Positions 9,590 through 19,349 of a stretch of DNA of 64,000 nt are shown piece by piece (position 1 is the first letter of the stretch; every line of letters starts with the position of its first letter). The stretch spans positions 118,929 through 182,928 of the forward strand of contig CAZOZN010000003.1 of NCBI GenBank assembly GCA_964584335.1. The letters are read 5' to 3'. The DNA is from an uncultured archaeon. Lineage in GTDB: Archaea > Aenigmatarchaeota > Aenigmatarchaeia > PWEA01 > JAGHBM01. Below the pieces are notes generated by a model that was given only the letters and a program-made list of their open reading frames with translations, made no database searches and was not told where the DNA came from. The translations under genes and the position numbers were made by a program.

Positions 9590-10714
9590 ATGGATTCTAT
9601 GATTCAAAAAGCATTTGAAAAAACTTTTAATCAGGGAGATGAAAGTCAAAAAAGTCTTAATCAAGGGTTTGACACGAGAAAAATTGGTGAGGAATTCGAC
9701 ATAGATTTTCATCAAGCAAGAATTTGTGTTATAGGAGCAGGGGGCGGAGGAAACAATACTGTTACTGCTCTTACTGAAATGGGTATAGAAGGAGCACAAA
9801 CTATTGCTGTAAATACTGATGCAAAGCATCTAAGCGTGACAAAAGCTGATAAAAAGCTTTTGATAGGAAGAGATACTACTAGAGGTTTGGGTGCAGGCGG
9901 TTATCCCGGAATAGGTAAAAAAGCAACCGAGGAATCAAAAAAAGAATTAAAAGAGTTGCTTGACGGTGTGGATATGATTTTTATTACCTGTGGTCTGGGC
10001 GGCGGAACTGGAACCGGATCCGCTCCAGTAATAGCTGAAATAGCTAAGAGCATGGGTGCGATAGTAATAGGAACTGTTACAATGCCTTTTAAAATGGAAG
10101 GTACCAGAATTCATAAAGCTGAAGAAGGTCTTACGGAACTTAGAAGAGTGACAGACACTGTTATAGTAATAGAAAACCAGAAGTTGTTGAAGTACGCAGG
10201 AGACCTTCCTCTAAAACAGGCTTTTGCAGTAGCAGATGAATTAATATCGACTATGATAAAAGGAATCACCGAAACTATAACACAACCTTCGTTGGTTAAC
10301 TTAGATTATGCAGACGTAAAGGCGATAATGCATAGCGGAGGAGTTGCTGCAATAGGAGTCGGTCAAGCAGATTCTTCCGAGAGAGCTAAAGAAGCAATAG
10401 AGAGTGCTCTAAAACACCCTCTACTTGAGATGGAAGTTAGCGGTGCAAACGGCGCCATAGTCCAGATAATAGGAGGAGACGACTTGAAGCTGGATGAAAT
10501 AAACACCATAGGAGAAACGGTTTATAAGAGAATGAATCCTGAAGCACAGGTTATATGGGGTGCTCGTGTTCTTCCTGAATATGCGGGAAAGATACATGTA
10601 ATAACCATAATAACTGGTGTAAAGAGCCCTTACATACTAGGACCGGTTCAGAAAGAAAATTTGGGAAGCGAAGAAAATGCAACACACCAACTCGGAATAC
10701 CTATGGTAAAATGA
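9590..10714 (+). CDS. ftsZ: cell division protein FtsZ (FtsZ2-like)
   Basis: GAGGGGNN, GLGGGTGTG, ITETITQPSLVNLDYADV. Confidence 0.96.
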   Translation: MDSMIQKAFEKTFNQGDESQKSLNQGFDTRKIGEEFDIDFHQARICVIGAGGGGNNTVTALTEMGIEGAQTIAVNTDAKHLSVTKADKKLLIGRDTTRGLGAGGYPGIGKKATEESKKELKELLDGVDMIFITCGLGGGTGTGSAPVIAEIAKSMGAIVIGTVTMPFKMEGTRIHKAEEGLTELRRVTDTVIVIENQKLLKYAGDLPLKQAFAVADELISTMIKGITETITQPSLVNLDYADVKAIMHSGGVAAIGVGQADSSERAKEAIESALKHPLLEMEVSGANGAIVQIIGGDDLKLDEINTIGETVYKRMNPEAQVIWGARVLPEYAGKIHVITIITGVKSPYILGPVQKENLGSEENATHQLGIPMVK

Positions 10715-10731
10715 GATATTGTTTAATAAAT

Positions 10732-10866
10732 ACACCCCCACACTGGGAAGGACGGTAGGGATTTTCTCACCGTCCAACCCACACCCCCCACATTACGGTC
10801 ATTCGATGACACACCCCCACACACTGGGAAGGGCGGGCAACGGTAATTATTTTTCCGCCCTTTCCT
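10732..10866 (+). ncRNA. structured repeat element 3' of ftsZ
   Basis: Three ACACCCCC(C)ACA linkers (10732, 10781, 10811) alternating with GC-rich hairpins; ACACTGGGAAGG occurs twice. Confidence 0.6.
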
Positions 10867-10887
10867 AATTCCCCCAAAGGCTAAAAC

Positions 10888-10983
10888 ATGTACAATAAAA
10901 TATCAAAATTAAAAAGAAAGGTATCCGAGAGAGTTATGGTTGTAGCAGGAGCTTTATCTATATTTATTGCCATAGTGCTTTGA
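10888..10983 (+). CDS. putative 31-aa tail-anchored membrane peptide
   Basis: MYNKISKLKRKVSERVMVVAGALSIFIAIVL, below ORF track cutoff. Confidence 0.4.
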   Translation: MYNKISKLKRKVSERVMVVAGALSIFIAIVL

Positions 10984-10996
10984 ATTAATATGCTGC

Positions 10997-11638
10997 TCAG
11001 TAAATGACTACGAAGTTATTAAATACTTCTCCTTTTTTACCAATCTGTTCTTTAACTTCTCTTAGGTCTCTGTTGTATGTCTCTTTTCTTCCTCTCTTTA
11101 AGAAAGATTTAATCCTGTCTCCTATAAGATAAATTATTCCTATGATGATTAGAATTACCACCAGAGATGCTATCAGAGCCGTCATAAAAGGTCCTGCTGA
11201 AGTTATTTTTCCCGTCCATTTTTCTATTCTTATTGGTTGGGCCTGGTATACTCCATTCTCTCTGCCCCATTCATTCTCATATTCATACAACAATACTGGT
11301 CTTTCTCCGTCGTTCTGCTCATACAAATCCCAGGTTTTACATTTTATGTATCTGTAATTAATTGGCTCGATTGATTTACATAACCCCTTATCTGACCTGC
11401 ATACTATTTTATTTTCACTGTAATAGTCATTTATAACCCAACATTCCTTAACTACATCTGATACTATTGTAAAGTTGTATTTCTCATCGAAATTTTGGTA
11501 TAGTTCTATATTTACACTCTCTCCTTCTCTGAAATTATTTTTTTCCCATCTAAAAACAACTTCTTGTGCGGCATTTACCTCGCTTATAGAAATAATTAAA
11601 AAAGATAGAATAAAAAAAGTTAAGAATATTTTTTTCAT
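10997..11638 (-). CDS. hypothetical membrane-anchored secreted protein
   Basis: Signal peptide, TM near C-terminus, SD GGGGTG upstream. Confidence 0.6.
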   Translation of the reverse strand: MKKIFLTFFILSFLIISISEVNAAQEVVFRWEKNNFREGESVNIELYQNFDEKYNFTIVSDVVKECWVINDYYSENKIVCRSDKGLCKSIEPINYRYIKCKTWDLYEQNDGERPVLLYEYENEWGRENGVYQAQPIRIEKWTGKITSAGPFMTALIASLVVILIIIGIIYLIGDRIKSFLKRGRKETYNRDLREVKEQIGKKGEVFNNFVVIY

Positions 11639-11708
11639 TTTTACACCCCTATAACGTAATTATTCAAGAAATTTATACTATTGTATCATCACTTCTGGAT
11701 AAATAAAA

Positions 11709-11855
11709 CTATTTTAGCCTTACCTCTCTTGAAAACTTATATCCACAGTCTATGCAAACATAGTCATTTCTTTCTATTTTTAGGTCCTTTGTTAGGTCGT
11801 ATAAAGCAGAGTTGAATCTATAAAGGATTTCGTGTTTGCATTCTTCTTCTTTCAT
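11709..11855 (-). CDS. small putative zinc-ribbon protein
   Basis: MKEEECKHE...CIDCG; start moved to internal ATG. Confidence 0.45.
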   Translation of the reverse strand: MKEEECKHEILYRFNSALYDLTKDLKIERNDYVCIDCGYKFSREVRLK

Positions 11856-11856
11856 A

Positions 11857-12183
11857 TTATTTAATTGATTTTGTTTTATTATATTTTTTTGGGAAAAAGA
11901 ACTTTGCGTATGTTTTTCCGCCCGTTTTAACGACAACCAACATTAGATATTTTAACAAGAAAGGACAATCTAATGATTTGCTTTCTGTTGTTGTTTCCTT
12001 TGTTTCAATTCTGAAAAGACTCAGCAAATTAAAAATTATCACTTTAACTTTATCTTTGGTATCAAAAAATACTACCTTATCTTTATAATTAATCTCAACT
12101 TTTCTTTTTCCCATAATTTCATCAAGGAAAGACAAAAAGGTGTAGTAATTTGCGTAAAACCAGGGCAAATAACCATTTTTCAT
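11857..12183 (-). CDS. hypothetical protein
   Basis: 108-aa ORF in a co-oriented run. Confidence 0.45.
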   Translation of the reverse strand: MKNGYLPWFYANYYTFLSFLDEIMGKRKVEINYKDKVVFFDTKDKVKVIIFNLLSLFRIETKETTTESKSLDCPFLLKYLMLVVVKTGGKTYAKFFFPKKYNKTKSIK

Positions 12184-12234
12184 AAATATCCTGAAAAATA
12201 ACCAAAACTAACTGTGCTTATTTTTTGAATTTTT

Positions 12235-12468
12235 TTAACTTGCTGAGAATTTTTTAATGTGGTCGTTGAATTCCTTGAGTTGCTTGTTTATTGATTTTTT
12301 TAAATCAGAATCTATTTTTGTAATTTTGCTTATTACTTTTTTTGCATATTCTATTTTTGCTCTTGCATCCTCGTTTCTGCCTTCGTTTATATTATCTATA
12401 GCTCCTGAAAGTTCGTTGTCTACTATGTTTATCATCGTAGTTACTTTGCTATTTTTTGAGCCTATCAT
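12235..12468 (-). CDS. hypothetical helical protein
   Basis: 77-aa ORF, amphipathic helices. Confidence 0.5.
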   Translation of the reverse strand: MIGSKNSKVTTMINIVDNELSGAIDNINEGRNEDARAKIEYAKKVISKITKIDSDLKKSINKQLKEFNDHIKKFSAS

Positions 12469-12540
12469 AATCTTATTTTAATGAAATTAATATATAAAGT
12501 TAAATGCTTTTAAGTACAAACTCAATAAGGGTGTTAAAAT

Positions 12541-12936
12541 ATGCATGAGTGGGCCCTTGCGGAATCTGTTTTGTTTTCTGTTATGGACATATCAAAGAAA
12601 GAGGGTATTTCTAAGGTTAAGGAGATTACTATTTCTCTTGGTGAACTTCAGCAGATAGATAGGGAAGTTTTTAGGCTTGCTCTTAAAGATATTATGAAGA
12701 ATAAAAAAGTTGATTTTGATATAAAAATTGAAGTTGATAAAAGCCTTTTGAGTTGTAGAAGCTGCGGAGAAAAATGGGTTTTTGATTTAAAGGACTTGAG
12801 TGAAAAGTACAGGGAACCTGTACACTTCATACCGGAAGTTTCTCACAGTTATATAAGATGCCCCAGTTGCGGAAGCCCTGATTTTAAAATTTTAAGGGGA
12901 AGGGGAGTATGGTTAAAATCTATAAAGGGTGATTGA
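12541..12936 (+). CDS. hypA: hydrogenase nickel incorporation protein HypA
   Basis: MHE N-terminus, GELQQ, CRSC and CPSC. Confidence 0.92.
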   Translation: MHEWALAESVLFSVMDISKKEGISKVKEITISLGELQQIDREVFRLALKDIMKNKKVDFDIKIEVDKSLLSCRSCGEKWVFDLKDLSEKYREPVHFIPEVSHSYIRCPSCGSPDFKILRGRGVWLKSIKGD

Positions 12937-13641
12937 GTGGACCCAAGAACTAGTGTCATAGATAAAAGAATTGAAGGAAAGAGAATCATAGCGGTATCTG
13001 GAGCAAAAGGTGGTATAGGAAAAAGCCTTGTTTCATGTCTTACGGCCTTAAATTTAACAAACATGGGCTACAGGGTAGGTCTGCTTGACCTTGATTTTTC
13101 AAGCCCGTCAGACCATACAATAATAGGTGTTAATGATATACAACCTGATGAAAAGAACGGAATTATACCTCCAAAAGTTTATGGTATTAGATTTATGTCC
13201 ATATTTTTTTATTCAGGCAACAAACCTTCTCCTTTGAGGGGTCTTGATGTAACAAACATCATAAGGGAGATTTTTTGTATAACCAAATGGGAAGATGTCG
13301 ATGTTATTATTATTGATATGCCTCCTGGGATGGGAGAGCCCGTCTTGGATATGATAAACACAATAAAAAATATGGAATTTGTTGTATTGACAACGCCTTC
13401 AAAACTGAGCATAAATACTGTAAATAAGTTTATATCTCTTTTAGATGACTTCAGGGTACCGATTCTGGGTGTGATAGAAAATATGAGATTAAAAAAGTCT
13501 TCTGAGTGTTTTTTTGGAGAAAGGTTTTTAGGCAGCATAAAGTTTGACTTGGATTTAGAAGAAAGTATAGGAAATCCAGAAGCACTTTCAAAGACTAATT
13601 TTTCTAGAGAATTAAGAGAGATATTAGAAAAAATATTTTAG
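12937..13641 (+). CDS. Mrp/MinD-family ATPase (Thermococcales ATPase-type HypB-like)
   Basis: GAKGGIGKS, DMPPG, IENM; directly after hypA. Confidence 0.85.
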   Translation: MDPRTSVIDKRIEGKRIIAVSGAKGGIGKSLVSCLTALNLTNMGYRVGLLDLDFSSPSDHTIIGVNDIQPDEKNGIIPPKVYGIRFMSIFFYSGNKPSPLRGLDVTNIIREIFCITKWEDVDVIIIDMPPGMGEPVLDMINTIKNMEFVVLTTPSKLSINTVNKFISLLDDFRVPILGVIENMRLKKSSECFFGERFLGSIKFDLDLEESIGNPEALSKTNFSRELREILEKIF

Positions 13642-14579
13642 GTTCTTTCAGCTACGCTTTTTATTATGAAGGGAAGTATTGCTGTAACGTCTCCCTCTAT
13701 TGTAACCATTTTGGCATCTTCTCTTATTTTGCCCCATGAAATCGCTTCTCTCAATCTTGCTCCTGACAGGGATCCGTCCCATTCAGGCGCTGTTGTTATA
13801 TAAACAGCGTAATCAAGACCTTCTCTGAATTGGTTCCACCATATTGTATGATGCTTTGAAATTCCTCCCCCGAGCATCAGGGAGCCTGTTTTCTTTGAGT
13901 CGTATATTATTCTTGACATCTCTTGCTCGTCTCTCATAAGGTTTATATTAAAGTCCTTGTGACCGTCCTGCCAAAATAACCATAATTGATAACCCCAAGC
14001 ACCGTCAGTAGGTCCCGGTATGAATACAGGTATTTTATTTTTCCATGCCCAATAGGTTATGGAATCTTCTGCATTTTTTTCTTTTTCTATAGCTTCGCCA
14101 AATTTCCATACCAGCTCCGGAGTAGACCAGTCTTTTTTTTCTTTGTATATTCTTTCCAATATTGGTTTCATTTTTTCTTCTAGAATTAAACCATAACTTT
14201 CGTTTGGTATGAATATGTTACCTTCCCTGTTTATTCCCTTTTGGTGTAATTTTTTATCATCCGCCTCAAATTTTCCATGATAATAATTCGACCACACACG
14301 AGCCAAATCGTGGTCCAAAGTACCACAAGTTGTAACCAATACATCAACCATTTTGTTTTTTAACATATATTTCAGTATACCCCTACATCCAGTAGATACT
14401 AAACATGCTGGAAATGACAAGAATTTTGTACAATCCTCGTCCTTAATCATTTTTTCTAGTATATCAACACCGGTTCCTATTTTCTTGGCAACAAAGCCTC
14501 CCGATTCTTTCATTTCCTTAGCCATTTCTTTCCAATTATTTTCAATTTTGATGTCTTTTATCTTCTCCATAATTAACAC
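13638..14579 (-). CDS. dys: deoxyhypusine synthase
   Basis: NREGNIFIP, GGGISKHH, DGSLSGARLREAISWGK. Confidence 0.95.
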   Translation of the reverse strand: MLIMEKIKDIKIENNWKEMAKEMKESGGFVAKKIGTGVDILEKMIKDEDCTKFLSFPACLVSTGCRGILKYMLKNKMVDVLVTTCGTLDHDLARVWSNYYHGKFEADDKKLHQKGINREGNIFIPNESYGLILEEKMKPILERIYKEKKDWSTPELVWKFGEAIEKEKNAEDSITYWAWKNKIPVFIPGPTDGAWGYQLWLFWQDGHKDFNINLMRDEQEMSRIIYDSKKTGSLMLGGGISKHHTIWWNQFREGLDYAVYITTAPEWDGSLSGARLREAISWGKIREDAKMVTIEGDVTAILPFIIKSVAERT

Positions 14580-14609
14580 ACTAGAACTGTTTTATTAATA
14601 AACTTATTT

Positions 14610-15227
14610 TCAGATTTTATTTATTGATTCTCTTTGCTTTTTTCTCTTTTTTATTCTTTCTATTATCAAATCATCCCATTCTGAAGCTATTTTGTATTTT
14701 TTCTTTGAACCAATTAACCCGGAAACGTAATCTATTATTTCACTTGCGTATTCTCTTATCTTTGGCTTTTCCGTGTTGTAAAAATTTTCAAGTCCCTGAA
14801 CTAAGGTATCATAACCTTTTTTATATTCTCCAAAATCGTCTCTCCTAACTAAAAAATCTCCTTTAGGGTTTGCATATTCCATTGTTATGTAAAAATTTCC
14901 ATCGAATTCCTTTCTTTTTATTAAAACCGGACACCTTTCAGATATTTTTTTTAGTCCCAGCTTGACTTCTGTGAAGTTAAAAATATTTTTTTTATCCCCT
15001 TTTATTTCTCTTAGCTGGCTGCCTTTTGATATTCTTGCTATTACGTCCCTTTTAAATGATTTATTTAATTTTTCTATTTCTTTTTTTGAGGACTTTGGTT
15101 CAGTTTTTTTAACTAATCCTTTCCAGTCAACGAATACTTCATCGTATTTTTTTATATCTTCCTCTGTGTCTGGAAAAAAACCGTATAAGTGTGTGTTTAT
15201 TTTTGTTAGATTTTTTTTATTAAACAT
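14610..15227 (-). CDS. hypothetical protein
   Basis: 205-aa ORF with GGTG SD. Confidence 0.55.
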   Translation of the reverse strand: MFNKKNLTKINTHLYGFFPDTEEDIKKYDEVFVDWKGLVKKTEPKSSKKEIEKLNKSFKRDVIARISKGSQLREIKGDKKNIFNFTEVKLGLKKISERCPVLIKRKEFDGNFYITMEYANPKGDFLVRRDDFGEYKKGYDTLVQGLENFYNTEKPKIREYASEIIDYVSGLIGSKKKYKIASEWDDLIIERIKKRKKQRESINKI

Positions 15228-15357
15228 TTTTACACCATGTAACTACTCATTAGTTACTATATTAGTATTAACTTCTATTTAAGTGTTAATTTTTAGAAAA
15301 AAAGTCTTCTGGGATTAAAATATTAAGTTTTATATAAAACGAGCTGAAAATTAGTTT

Positions 15358-15588
15358 ATGTTCCCCAATTTTTTGGTATCTTTTTGGGTTATGATATTTT
15401 TTCTACTTTTTGTAATATGTGAACTTTTCTGGTTCTGGACTCTTGTGGATGTTTTGCAGAGAAAAAAATTTGAGGACAAACTTGTATGGGTTATAATGCT
15501 CATTGTTTTTAATGTGTTTGCTTCTGTAATGTATTACTTTATGGTTTACAAAGAGCTGGAGAAGAAAACAAAAAGAAAAAACAAGTAA
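15358..15588 (+). CDS. small membrane protein, PLDc N-terminal domain-like
   Basis: WxxxLVDVLQR...KLVWV pattern, 2 TM. Confidence 0.65.
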   Translation: MFPNFLVSFWVMIFFLLFVICELFWFWTLVDVLQRKKFEDKLVWVIMLIVFNVFASVMYYFMVYKELEKKTKRKNK

Positions 15589-15591
15589 TAA

Positions 15592-15789
15592 TTATATCTT
15601 TCTTCTTAGGTCTCTTTCTTCAGGTATCCTATTTTTCCAGAGCTCTTCCTTTTTTTTAAATTTATTGTACTTACTGCAACTCTCATAGTTTCTTGGGTCC
15701 CCGACATCACAATCCTCTATACTTATACAGTTCTTAAAGAGATATTCGCAGTATTCACTGAAAAGGTCTTCTTTTTCGTCGGCATACAT
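15592..15789 (-). CDS. small Cys-rich hypothetical protein
   Basis: 65 aa with four Cys. Confidence 0.45.
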   Translation of the reverse strand: MYADEKEDLFSEYCEYLFKNCISIEDCDVGDPRNYESCSKYNKFKKKEELWKNRIPEERDLRRKI

Positions 15790-16009
15790 AAGATCATGGC
15801 CCCATTAAATTTCAATACTACTTATTTTATTTGATAGATATAAATATCAATAACAAGAATTAATCCCAAAAACTAATTAATCTGTTCGTTTTTTTTAATT
15901 TTGTATTTTCAGGGCTTATATTGTCCGAATATAGAAGGGAAAGATTTAAATTTGTTTCTTTATTAAATCATGAATTGTTTTTATAAAAAATAACTGGAGG
16001 TCGGTTTAG

Positions 16010-18637
16010 ATGGCTGATGAAAAATATGTTTACTTTTTTGATGAAGGAAATAGAAAAATGAAAAAACTTTTGGGAGGTAAGGGAGCTAACTTGGCTGAGA
16101 TGACAAAGCTCGGGATACCCGTACCGCCCGGATTTACAGTTACCACTGAAGTTTGTGAGTTATTTTACGAGAACAATAAAAATTACCCCAATGGCACGGA
16201 AGAACAGGTAAAAGAAAACCTAAAGAAATTAGAGAAAGAGATGGGTTCTGAATTGGGAAGTTCTGATAACCCTTTACTTCTGAGTGTAAGAAGCGGTGCT
16301 GCAATCAGCATGCCGGGAATGATGGATACTGTTCTAAATTTAGGTCTAAATGAAAAAACTTTAAACGGTTTAATAAAAAAGACAGATAACGAAAGATTTT
16401 GTTGGGACTGTTACAGGCGTTTTATACAAATGTTTGGAAATGTCGTTATGGGTATAGAGCACTCCAAATTCGAGCATATACTCGATTCAGTTAAAAAAGA
16501 TAAAGGAGTTGAATACGACAAAGATTTGGGAGTAGAATATTTAAAGAATATTGTTTGTTCTTACAAGGAACTATACAAAGATGAAACCGGAGAAGATTTC
16601 CCTGAAGACCCCGAGTTACAGCTTAAAAAATCTATAGATGCTGTTTTTGGAAGCTGGAACAACGAAAGGGCTATAACTTACAGGAGGCTGAACAAAATAA
16701 CAGGTTTAAGGGGCACTGCTGTAAACGTGCAAGCTATGGTATTCGGTAACATGGGAGAAGAGAGCGGAACAGGTGTATGTTTCAGTAGAAATCCCGGGGA
16801 CGGTAAAAAGGAGTTCTATGGTGAATATTTAATGAATGCTCAGGGAGAGGATGTGGTTGCTGGTATAAGGACACCGAAACCTATAAAAACTTTAGAGAAC
16901 CAGAACCCTTCGATTTACAAAGAGCTTGTTGGTATAAAAAACAAGCTGGAAAATCACTATAAGGATATGCAGGACATGGAGTTTACAATACAGGAAGGAA
17001 AGTTGTACATACTCCAGACAAGGAACGGAAAAAGAACAGCGAAGGCTGCAGTTAAGATTGCAGTTGACATGGTCGAAGAAAATTTGATAGAAGAAAAAGA
17101 CGCAATTCTTAGAGTTGATCCTGAACAATTAGGGCAGCTTTTACACAAGACAATAGATCCAGTAGCTAAAAAAGAGTCAAAAATTCTTGAGAGAGGCATA
17201 CCCGCATCTCCTGGTGCTGCTGTAGGCAGAGTTTTTTTCAGTGCAAACAAATCCAGCGAAATGTCTAAGGAAGGAGAAAAGGTAGTTTTGGTAAGGACCG
17301 AGACAAGCCCGGAGGATATAGAGGGAATGGACTCCTCAGAAGGAGTGCTTACTTCTAGAGGAGGAATGACTAGTCATGCTGCTGTTGTTGCTCGTGGCAT
17401 GGGAAAATGTTGTGTTGCCGGTTGCGGAGGAATAGAAGTTAATGAAAATGACGGATATTTTATCACCAAGGAAGGTGTAAAAGTAAATGAAGGGGATTGG
17501 ATAACTCTTGATGGAAACACAGGTGAAGTCTTTGAGGGCAAAGTAAGAGTTGTAGAACCTAAAATAGATGATTATTTCTCGAGACTTATGATGTGGGCTG
17601 ATAAATACAGAAAGCTTGGGGTAAGAACCAACGCAGACACGCCCAGTGATAGCTCCGTTGCTGTCAAGTTTGGAGCAGAAGGTATAGGCCTTTGTAGAAC
17701 TGAACATATGTTCTTTGAAGGAGACAGAATAAAAGCTGTAAGAGAAATGATATTAGCTTGTGACAAAGAGGGTAGAAAGAAGGCTCTCTCAAAACTATTG
17801 CCTATACAAAAATCAGACTTCAAGGCCATGTTCAGGGTTATGAACGGTAAGCCTTTTACAATAAGGCTGATAGACCCTCCTTTACATGAATTTCTTCCTA
17901 AGGAGGAGAAAGAAATAGAATCTCTTGCAAAAGATATGGGTCTTAGCATAGAGAGGGTAAAGTCTAAGATAGAGGAACTGCATGAATTTAATCCTATGCT
18001 TGGTCATAGAGGCTGCAGGCTTGCTATAAGCTACCCTGAAATTGCCGAGATGCAAACAAAGGCTATAATATCGGCTGCTATAGAGACTGCTGATGAAGGA
18101 ATTGAAGTAATACCAGAAATAATGATTCCTTTGATAGGTGGGCCAAGCGAGTTGAAGTTTGTAAAGAAGATTGTAAATAATACCGCAGAAAGAGTTATTA
18201 AGGAATCTGGAAAAGAAGTGAAGTACAGTGTTGGTGCAATGATTGAAGTTCCCAGAGGTGCTTTGATTGCGGACAGACTGACCAAAGAATCTGATTTCTT
18301 TAGCTTCGGTACAAATGACTTGACTCAGATGACTTGTGGCTTTAGCAGGGACGATGCCACAGTTTTTCTTAAAGAATATATGAAAAAAGGAATTACAAAG
18401 AAGGACCCGTTTCAGTCAATAGACCAAGACGGTGTGGGAATGCTAATAAAAATAGCATGCGAAAAGAGCAGAGGCGTGAAAAGAGACATAAAGCTTGGAG
18501 TCTGTGGCGAACATGGAGGAGAACCAACAAGTATAGAGTTTTTCCATAATAATGGGCTTGATTATGTCAGCTGCAGTCCGTATAGAATTCCTATAGCAAG
18601 ACTTGCTGCTGCTCAAGTAGCAATAAAAAACCCCTAG
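16010..18637 (+). CDS. ppdK: pyruvate, phosphate dikinase
   Basis: GGKGANLAEM, GGMTSHAAVVAR, GLCRTEHMF, FSFGTNDLTQ. Confidence 0.98.
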   Translation: MADEKYVYFFDEGNRKMKKLLGGKGANLAEMTKLGIPVPPGFTVTTEVCELFYENNKNYPNGTEEQVKENLKKLEKEMGSELGSSDNPLLLSVRSGAAISMPGMMDTVLNLGLNEKTLNGLIKKTDNERFCWDCYRRFIQMFGNVVMGIEHSKFEHILDSVKKDKGVEYDKDLGVEYLKNIVCSYKELYKDETGEDFPEDPELQLKKSIDAVFGSWNNERAITYRRLNKITGLRGTAVNVQAMVFGNMGEESGTGVCFSRNPGDGKKEFYGEYLMNAQGEDVVAGIRTPKPIKTLENQNPSIYKELVGIKNKLENHYKDMQDMEFTIQEGKLYILQTRNGKRTAKAAVKIAVDMVEENLIEEKDAILRVDPEQLGQLLHKTIDPVAKKESKILERGIPASPGAAVGRVFFSANKSSEMSKEGEKVVLVRTETSPEDIEGMDSSEGVLTSRGGMTSHAAVVARGMGKCCVAGCGGIEVNENDGYFITKEGVKVNEGDWITLDGNTGEVFEGKVRVVEPKIDDYFSRLMMWADKYRKLGVRTNADTPSDSSVAVKFGAEGIGLCRTEHMFFEGDRIKAVREMILACDKEGRKKALSKLLPIQKSDFKAMFRVMNGKPFTIRLIDPPLHEFLPKEEKEIESLAKDMGLSIERVKSKIEELHEFNPMLGHRGCRLAISYPEIAEMQTKAIISAAIETADEGIEVIPEIMIPLIGGPSELKFVKKIVNNTAERVIKESGKEVKYSVGAMIEVPRGALIADRLTKESDFFSFGTNDLTQMTCGFSRDDATVFLKEYMKKGITKKDPFQSIDQDGVGMLIKIACEKSRGVKRDIKLGVCGEHGGEPTSIEFFHNNGLDYVSCSPYRIPIARLAAAQVAIKNP

Positions 18638-18676
18638 AAAAGCCATTATTTATCCTTTTGTCCTTTTATTTTATTT

Positions 18677-19333
18677 ATGGTAGATTTAGGACTGGGTGTT
18701 GAGAATCTTGAAAGGAATTTTTTTAAACCTTTGGCTGGGTTTACCACATCAAAGAATTTTGAGTATAAGCCCAGTTCAAGAGGGATGAATGTAAAGGGTA
18801 AAACAGAATACAAGGATGTATTGTATAAAACACAGATAAAAAGAAATATTTCGGTGGGAGACGGTTACAATATTTCTGGCAAGGAATCTTACGTAGAACA
18901 TGTCATTTTTTTAAAAGACAAGAAGCAGCCTTTCGTTAAGATAAAATTCGAAGTCTATAATGATGAGATGAAAAAAAGCGGTGCTAACCTTGTATATGAT
19001 TTTATAAACGATTTTGATGATTTTGTTGACTCGGGAAAATCACCGGAAAGAAATTTCACCGAGTATTACTTTTACAAAGACGGTGAATCGTTCAATTGCA
19101 ACGGAATATTTGACAGGAAGCTAGTAGAATACAATTCTAATAAAGGTGTGTTGCACTTGGATAAGTCTGAAAGAAAGAAATCAGAGAAAATACTTAGATT
19201 AACTACAAGCCCTAAAGACAAATCTTTTTTATTAACGACTTGCGATGTCGTCGCCAGTAAAAAATCTGATTATTCTCTTGACCTGAAAAAAATATTAGAA
19301 CCTTTTATTGATGATTTAAGGGATGTTATTTAA
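18677..19333 (+). CDS. hypothetical protein
   Basis: 218-aa ORF. Confidence 0.55.
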   Translation: MVDLGLGVENLERNFFKPLAGFTTSKNFEYKPSSRGMNVKGKTEYKDVLYKTQIKRNISVGDGYNISGKESYVEHVIFLKDKKQPFVKIKFEVYNDEMKKSGANLVYDFINDFDDFVDSGKSPERNFTEYYFYKDGESFNCNGIFDRKLVEYNSNKGVLHLDKSERKKSEKILRLTTSPKDKSFLLTTCDVVASKKSDYSLDLKKILEPFIDDLRDVI

Positions 19334-19349
19334 TTAATTTTAGAGCATT

